NCBI GenBank assembly: GCA_001000545.1
Contig: LCOC01000005.1
Location: 10,013-74,012 of the forward strand
DNA from: Parcubacteria group bacterium GW2011_GWA2_47_21
GTDB lineage: Bacteria; Patescibacteriota; Minisyncoccia; Phycocordibacterales; DSPV01
Length of the DNA: 64,000 bases
Direction: 5' to 3'
The notes below the pieces were generated by a model. The model was not told the DNA's origin, ran no database searches, and saw nothing but the letters and a program-made list of their open reading frames with translations. Shown here in pieces: positions 57,417 to 64,000 of the stretch; position 1 is the stretch's first letter; every line of letters starts with the position of its first letter. Both the position numbers and the translations under genes were made by a program.

Positions 57417-57840
57417 AAAAACAATTCACGAAAAGTTATTTAAACTTCAAGAATCAGTTAAAATTCTTGAAGAATTGCGAGCCGAGGGACGCAATCCGTT
57501 TTTTACTGACAGAAAAAATCAAGACGTCGCTTTACTTAATATGTTTGTTTCTATTGAACTGATTACTGACATTGGTAACCATATAATCACGGAAGTTTTC
57601 CAAAAGCAGGCAAAAAACTACAAAGAAATTATTGAGCTCTTGGGTAAAACCGGGGTCATAACGGAAATATTTGCGAAAGAAAACGAAGATATGACAAAAT
57701 TCCGAAACCTAATTGCTCATGATTACGAGAAAATTACACCAGAGGGCATCTATGAAAATCTCCAAAAAGCTCCGGATGTCTTCCGCGAGTTTGCAAAATA
57801 TTTCGTGGAATTTATGGACAAGCAGCCAAGTAAAGATTAA
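57400..57840 (+). CDS. HepT-like HEPN (DUF86) toxin
   Basis: FRNLIAHDY motif; start taken at ATG 57400. Confidence 0.9.
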   Translation: MSPLNKKTIHEKLFKLQESVKILEELRAEGRNPFFTDRKNQDVALLNMFVSIELITDIGNHIITEVFQKQAKNYKEIIELLGKTGVITEIFAKENEDMTKFRNLIAHDYEKITPEGIYENLQKAPDVFREFAKYFVEFMDKQPSKD

Positions 57841-57856
57841 GGATGGGTAAAACACC

Positions 57857-58649
57857 ATGGATAATCTCACTCTCCCGACAGGCCAGACACCGCCGACATT
57901 GAATGCGGCAGATGAAAATATTATGGGTATTCCGCCCGAAAAACCGCGCGGCAATAAAACCGCCCTCTGTATATTTAATCGTTGCAACCCTAACGGTGGT
58001 AGTTGTAGTCTCTGGATACCTCGCTCTCAACTCTATCAAGAGGCCGCCTACCATTCCTACCACACCAACAAACGAGCCCCAAACCGAAAGCACCGCCGAC
58101 AAAACCGTCAACTGGCAAATTTATCAAAATGAAAAGTATGGTTTGGAGTTCAAATATCCTACTGAAGCTAGGTTATTTCTTGGGGCTGATTGTCTGGGGT
58201 GCTCTGATGAAGAACTGGAAGCAGTAAATAGCGCAAGAGTGATCATCGATTATTCAGGCGGAATAATTTTTCAGGTTCAGATTTTAGAATATAACAAGAC
58301 GCAACCACAATTTGTTAAAATAGGTAAAAACGCAGAACAAACAGCCGAGTTATGGCGGAAATATAACAAAGAGGGGGAAAATAATCCAAATGTTTTCACC
58401 TACGTTAGCAGAATTGTGGAGCAAAACACAAATGGCCTTGGAGGTTATTCATACACGGTTTCAGGTAGTATCAACTTCCCTTGGGAAATGGGGTTACTTT
58501 CTTACCCAATGAGATTTAATTTTTTTGATTTCCCAGCACGACCAGAAACTATAATTGTGATATCACTATCAATTAGGGAGGAAAATTTGAATGATGTGTC
58601 AAATCAAATTATCTCCACCTTCAAATTCTTCGAGCCGACAGAAAAATAA
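57857..58649 (+). pseudogene. Membrane-anchored PsbP-like surface protein, frameshifted near 57968
   Basis: N-terminus in one frame; TM, WQIYQNEKYGLEFKYP and IISTFKF in the next frame. Confidence 0.65.
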
Positions 58650-58682
58650 TTATTTCATTCCTACAAGCTAACCTCCTACAAG

Positions 58683-60244
58683 CTACAAGCTCTCTTGCTC
58701 CGGCACGATGACTTTGGCCTTCCAAATTTTGTGGTGGAGGGTTATCCAAACTTCTTTGAGTTCTCTATTCTTGAGGAGTATCAAGACAACCAAACCGACC
58801 GCGATACCAAGGAGAAAACCTCAAAAAATGTTTTATTGACCTGCGGGGAAAATTCTTTAAACCGCCGGGCGAAGTAATACCAGAAGACAGCGGCGTTAAG
58901 AAGCATGGCCGTTGAAAAGCCGAGCGGGAGCATGAGGACTTCGGTGCCGGCAACCTCCGGCACCCGAAGCAAACTCTCAATAAAGTAGCGAAAGAACTCC
59001 CACTCGCGGAAGATTCTCAAAAAACCAAAGGCAAAAATGACGACAAAAAGCGAAGCGATGATATTTATAACAAGTGGTTTCTTAGTATTCCCTCCGGCGT
59101 AATAGCCGCGGACAAATAAGAGAATCAGCGACTGCGCCAAAATTGAGATGGAGAACAAAGCGAGAGCGGCGGCGGTAAGGCGTGTGTCCGTCCAATCAAA
59201 ACTGCCCGAGCCCAAAATCGTTCTGACAATTTGCGCGCGAAGCACTATAAAAAGGATGATTATCGGCACCGACCAGAAGGTAATATGGCGCGCCGCTACC
59301 GTCATCTCCTCCAAAAATTTCTGCCGTTCGCCGTTTGAAAAAAGGCGGCTAATAGTCGGAAACAGGGCGACGGTATAACTCACGCCGACGAGCGCGAGCG
59401 GCACCGACTGCAAATTCCAAGCGAAATTAAACACCGCCACCGAGCCGGACGCCAAAATCGCCGCCATAATAATCAACACAAGAGTGGAAAGCTGGCTTCC
59501 GGAAAGAGCGAGGGTGCGAGAGAACGACAGTCCGACCACCTCCCGAATCGTCCGGAAATCAAAAGGAAAACTAAAAGACGGAAAGGGCTTGGTAATGGTT
59601 GAAAGCTGGCAGAGCAGATGGAGAACGGCGCCGATAACGACTCCTAAAGAGAGTCCTTTGAGGCCCATTTTAGGATAGAGAAAAACGACGCCGATGATAA
59701 TGCCGGCATTGTAGAAAATTGGGCTCAAAGCGTAAGAGATGAAGCGGTGCCTTGCCTGAGCGATGGACGCAAACAAATTAGAAAAGCCGAGAAGAATCGG
59801 CGAGAGGAGCATAATCCTCGTCATTGAGACAAACTCCGCGCCGTAAGCGGAAGAGGTAAGCTCTGGAAAAAGCTGAGCGAGCAGCCAAGGCACAAAGGCG
59901 AAGCAAATAGCGCTCACGAGAATGATAAGCACCGAGAAAAAAGAAAAAATGGAATCAACAAAACGCTTCGCCTCACCCTCGCTCCTTTCAAGCCGCTCAA
60001 TCACAAAAGGCACCAGCACGGAAACCGATACAATGGAAGCGACAGACACGAAGATTAAATCGGGTATCCTGAAAGCGCTGTAATAAGTATCCAAGGCAAG
60101 GCCCGCTCCGAAGATATGAGCCAAAACCCGGTCGCGGAATAGTCCTAAAACTTGAGAAAGAAAAGTGAAGAACGCCAAAAGATAAGCGGCCTCGTGGAGT
60201 CCGCTTATCTCTTTGTTAATGAACCGAAGAATTCTTGAAACCAT
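58683..60244 (-). CDS. murJ: Lipid II flippase MurJ (MviN), frame broken near 58812
   Basis: SQVLGLFRD, AFRIPD and SPIFYN. The main frame stops at 58781; the tail LGIAVGLVVLILLKNRELKE...QESL runs to 58683 in another frame. Confidence 0.9.
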
Positions 60245-60251
60245 ATTCTAA

Positions 60252-62708
60252 CTATTGCCCCGCACCGTTTTCGGAAACCGGCAAGGTGTTGCGATTCTCC
60301 GGGCTGGCTTCCGGAATGCCGGCAAAGGGCGTCCGGCCGGCTTTGATGTTTTTTATAATCGTCGGCAATTCTTTGTTGTCCGGGTTGGTCTTCCGAATTT
60401 CCTCAAATTGCGCCAAGGCCTCGGCGTCCCGAGCCACCCTCTCATAGGAAAGCCCCAGGAAGTAACGAGCGTTGGCGTAAACCGGATTAAGACCGACGGC
60501 CCGCTCTAAGGCGGTTACGGCGCCGCGATAATCCTTGTCGTTGAATTTAAGAACGCCTAGCTGGAAGTGAATGACCGCGTCATTGGGCGCTATAAGCGCG
60601 CCGGCTTCGGCCGCGGTTATCGCCTTGTCAATATTGCCGAGTCCCGCTTCAAGCTGCGACTCAAAGAACACCGCTTCCAGATAGTTGGTCTTCTTGGCGC
60701 GAGCGGCCGCCAATCTCTCTTTGGCCTTGTTGAAATTCCGATTGGCTACTTCCAACCGAGCCAAAACCAAATCAATTTCCGGGTTCGTGGGATTTAAAGC
60801 CATAGCGCTATTGTAAACCCGAAGAGCGTTGTCATAGGCCCCTTGAACGCCAAGCGGCACAACCGATTCATACACCCGGCCAAGCTGCATGTAATTCTGG
60901 TAGTTTTTGTCGTTGAAGCTTACGGCGGCCTGGGCGTCAGAAAGCGCGGCGCCGAAAATATCTTTAAATTGATTCTGAACCGCCTCGGTGGACAAATTCT
61001 GATTGGCGCTTACCAATTGGTTAAGTTTGACGAGTTTTAATTCGGAAAGAAAACGATAAGCGGTATCTGTTTTGCTGGTTTTAAGCGATTTGGAAATCAG
61101 ATTCTCCGCCCTCTCCATATTGCCGTCGGTGTTTAACACCAGCACTCCCTTCTGAAGCCGCCACAAAGCGAGAAATTTCGAGGTCTCGGCGTAAGCCAGT
61201 GAAATTGACAGCACCAAGAACATAATCATTGCCACCACCAAAGCAAAACCGATTTTCGGCTGTTCGGGGAAAGAAACCGTTTTCACCTTAAGCGTATTTT
61301 CCAATACCAGGCTTGCGATTAGCAGACCAGAGAGAAAGAAAGCTAAAGCCGTGCTGGATAAACTCGGCACATAGAAAAAAGTAATGGTAAAGAGATAAAG
61401 GGCGCCGAGGAACGAAGTAACGCCCAGATACCGGCTAAATCGGTCGGCTGGTTGGCTAAAGAATAACTTAAGCCCGGTTGACAGGAAAAAGACGGCGAAA
61501 AGCAGCCACGAAAGCAGTCCCAGGAGCCCGGTGCTTATGATAAAGGTCGGAATCAAACCGACGGCAAAAACAAAATCAGAGGACCAAAAGACCGTTTCGT
61601 TGACGCCGGCCGGCTTGTGGCTTTGCCACTGATTGACAAAGGTGTTCGGTCCAGCGCCAAAAATCGGGTTTGCCTTCACGCTCTCTTTGGCGATATTCAG
61701 AGTGGCGCTCCATGATGGCCTGGTTTCAAGTTGGAAAATTTGGAAGAAGTTAGAAATGGCGGTGCTAAGCGGCCTGCTCTCGCTGAAGGCGTATCGCTCG
61801 GTAATAAACACAGCCGATACGACAAGGAGAATAACGGGTAAAATTGGAATTCTTTTTTTATTTGTTGCGCCACCAGAATCCAAATCATCCGGTTTAGGCG
61901 TCGTGTGGGCTCTCGGAAAATTCTTATAGCCGGAAAACCCAAGGTAGACGATAAGTAGCAGCGAGAAAACAGCCAGCACGACCCAAGCGGTGTCAAAATT
62001 CACAATCGCAAGGAGCGCGAGCGAGATAGTAAATACTCCGTAAAATGTGATTCGTAATTTTCTACTGAGCGAAGCGATTTCGAGCGCCAAAGCGGAAATG
62101 AGCGCGCTTAAACCAAAGAGGACGGCGAGGTCATTCCACTTGCCGAGGAAGTTGGCGGTTACGTTAGTAAAAATACCGAAAGAGAGAAAATCGGGACCTA
62201 TAATAAGTTTCAGAAGCTGATACAAAGCCAGAATGGAGGTGACGGCAAAAAGCGCGAGATAGGCGCCAAAAATCCGGCCTTTAGAATTAAAAACTTGAGC
62301 TGAAACGAAGAATAAGGCGAACAAAACAATAAGCGATGCCAGAGTGCCCAACTCAAAGTTTCCTCCCACAAACGAATTCCTGAAACCGCCGGAAAAAATG
62401 GCCGACAACAAAGCGCTTATGAGCACTAAGAACGCCCCGATGTTTAAGTGGCTCTGGCTAAACTCGAACCGACCAACCTTCAATCGGGCGACTAGCCAAA
62501 AAGCAACGCCGATTAAAACGAAAAATGAAATAAAAGCGATTTTCCCAACTTGAAAGGGATAGGAGGTTGACGGTAAAAAGAAAAGCGGAGCGAGTAGCGC
62601 GCCAATAGCGATAAAAATACAGGACATTTTATCTAAAAAAGAACTGCGGGCGGCACGGGGCTCTTCTTGACTCTCCACGACCTCAACATTTTCATTTTGC
62701 GTATCCAT
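60252..62708 (-). CDS. Polytopic membrane protein (O-antigen ligase-like region) with C-terminal TPR repeats
   Basis: About 12 TMs, PIFGAGPNTF and TPR-like AVGLNPVYANARYFLGL. Confidence 0.85.
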   Translation of the reverse strand: MDTQNENVEVVESQEEPRAARSSFLDKMSCIFIAIGALLAPLFFLPSTSYPFQVGKIAFISFFVLIGVAFWLVARLKVGRFEFSQSHLNIGAFLVLISALLSAIFSGGFRNSFVGGNFELGTLASLIVLFALFFVSAQVFNSKGRIFGAYLALFAVTSILALYQLLKLIIGPDFLSFGIFTNVTANFLGKWNDLAVLFGLSALISALALEIASLSRKLRITFYGVFTISLALLAIVNFDTAWVVLAVFSLLLIVYLGFSGYKNFPRAHTTPKPDDLDSGGATNKKRIPILPVILLVVSAVFITERYAFSESRPLSTAISNFFQIFQLETRPSWSATLNIAKESVKANPIFGAGPNTFVNQWQSHKPAGVNETVFWSSDFVFAVGLIPTFIISTGLLGLLSWLLFAVFFLSTGLKLFFSQPADRFSRYLGVTSFLGALYLFTITFFYVPSLSSTALAFFLSGLLIASLVLENTLKVKTVSFPEQPKIGFALVVAMIMFLVLSISLAYAETSKFLALWRLQKGVLVLNTDGNMERAENLISKSLKTSKTDTAYRFLSELKLVKLNQLVSANQNLSTEAVQNQFKDIFGAALSDAQAAVSFNDKNYQNYMQLGRVYESVVPLGVQGAYDNALRVYNSAMALNPTNPEIDLVLARLEVANRNFNKAKERLAAARAKKTNYLEAVFFESQLEAGLGNIDKAITAAEAGALIAPNDAVIHFQLGVLKFNDKDYRGAVTALERAVGLNPVYANARYFLGLSYERVARDAEALAQFEEIRKTNPDNKELPTIIKNIKAGRTPFAGIPEASPENRNTLPVSENGAGQ

Positions 62709-63362
62709 AAATTAACTTTTGCTTAAAATTTATAATATTGCCGTTAATTATAACAATGAGAATTGAATAATCAACAAGAGAGTGTTAATTAAAAGGACCA
62801 GTGCCATTATTATTGCAACAAAAATCAGCTTGTGGTAGTTTAATGGACGGAAAACACAAAGGTGTATCAAGAGTGTGGAGGAGGGCCTGGCCCGTTATTA
62901 CTCCATCGGCAACTTGTCCTAAGTGGCTAAGCATTGGTGCTTTTGCGAAACCACTAAAAGATAAAGTGCCAATTCCAACCCGCTTGGCGGGAACGATACT
63001 TAACTGATTGGGTCTGTTTGACCATCAGTGAATATCTTGGAATATCTCTTGATACACCTCGACATTTCGTCGGGGTGTTTTGTTCGTTGAAAATATGCCT
63101 ATCCTGTCTCTATACCCTCGATATGTTGCAGTTAAATTTACGGATGACACGCGTTCACGCGGAGAGCAGATTATCTTTACTCAAACGAAGGAAAGTGTCG
63201 GTCTTCGTCATGGCATCAATGTATTAGGGGAAGAAGACCTAGTTCACCTTGATTGTGCGGGTATTGAATACGCACGATACTACCCTAAGTCTATTGAGAC
63301 TAGAGAGATATACGAGTTTTTCGGTGTCTAATAAAAATCCGTAGAATTTGTATTTACACCGC

Positions 63363-63390
63363 AAAACCCCGCTTTTTTAAGCGGGGTTTT
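63363..63390. terminator. Bidirectional terminator
   Basis: aaaaccccgctt-tttt-aagcggggtttt. Confidence 0.8.
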
Positions 63391-63429
63391 CATTTTGAAT
63401 TTGTAATTTTAAATTTTGCGTTTTTAATT

Positions 63430-64000
63430 TTACACTATCTCGCACACCCCCGCCACACAGGCCAGTTCTTTCTTGGGGTCCGTTTCGTTTTGCTTTTCGT
63501 AAGTCAAAATCTTTGAGTAATCAATGTGGGTCAAACGCTTGGCCAGCTCGTTGTAGCGCTTCTCGTCAATCGTTTCGTAGGGCGCCAGCTGATAAACATG
63601 ATTGTCGCGCGGCAAAAACGAGAGTCCGCCGATGTAATCCCAATTTTTATAAAGCCAGTCAGCCGCGGCAATCCACTCGTCTTCTCCGATTGAAACCGTA
63701 ACGGACGGATTGTGTTCGGTATAATTTTGTTTGACCGACTTCCAATGTTCAAGCTGTTCAATCGCCGACAAATCATCGCGAAAAACTTTCGTGCCAGCCG
63801 GCGCTTTGACCGGAAATTCTAAAACATAAGTCGTGGCATTTTCCGGCGACTGGCCGACTTCCGGATAATAAAGCACGCCCTGGTCTTTAAGCATCTTGAA
63901 AAGAGCGTCGGTGGCGGCAATTCTGATTCGTCTGATGTAATAGGCGGAGTGCCTCGGATGCATGCCGGAAGAACAGTCAACCATTTGGGAAAGCGTGCCC
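63430..64000 (-). CDS. nrdJ: Class II (adenosylcobalamin) ribonucleotide reductase, C-terminal part
   Basis: GTLSQMVDCSSGMHPRH..YYIRR, EHNPSVTV, YQLAPYE and terminal CVAGVCEI. Confidence 0.9.
   Translation of the reverse strand, partial: GTLSQMVDCSSGMHPRHSAYYIRRIRIAATDALFKMLKDQGVLYYPEVGQSPENATTYVLEFPVKAPAGTKVFRDDLSAIEQLEHWKSVKQNYTEHNPSVTVSIGEDEWIAAADWLYKNWDYIGGLSFLPRDNHVYQLAPYETIDEKRYNELAKRLTHIDYSKILTYEKQNETDPKKELACVAGVCEIV

Noticed and set aside
62801-63331. Three short plus-strand ORFs
   Set aside because: No motif or convincing start; possibly a decayed gene, but not supportable.
1-64000. Alternative genetic code (TGA as Gly)
   Set aside because: Conserved genes are full length under code 11, and TGA ends genes such as rpsA and lepB at expected positions.

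Overview
Chromosomal window from a reduced-genome bacterium, most likely Patescibacteria/CPR of Parcubacteria type; this assignment is inferred from the compact RpoB and ValS, the VirB2/TrbC-like pilin array and the many promoter-to-ATG leaderless starts. The standard genetic code fits. The housekeeping backbone is rpoC (partial), rpoB, gyrA, rpsA, pth, lepB, rpsU, ybeY, ftsA, ftsZ, trxB, tsaD, valS, lepA, murJ, a partial class II ribonucleotide reductase, and six tRNAs. Two accessory zones interrupt it. (1) At 12.5-20.6 kb, an array of eight pilin-like genes is interleaved with Fic, two MNT-HEPN pairs and a RelE/XRE pair; the Fic and MNT-HEPN cassettes are bounded by duplicated host sequence, one copy carrying an IS903-like MITE. 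(2) At 36.9-46.4 kb, a defence island holds an inverted-repeat-bounded B12 radical SAM plus uracil-DNA glycosylase cassette and a type III R-M operon with KTSC and NYN genes inserted, bracketed by two serine-recombinase relics. The best candidates for undescribed biology are: ~160-200 nt structured elements behind three tRNAs that carry a sense copy (all three) and an antisense copy (clear for Leu and Glu) of their own tRNA T-arm; a promoter-driven ~55-nt RNA antisense to the NYN nuclease 3' end; a catalytically degenerate HisRS paralogue; and palindromic repeats inserted in frame in essential genes. Several frame-breaking deletions may be assembly errors. All calls come from reading the sequence; no database searches were run.
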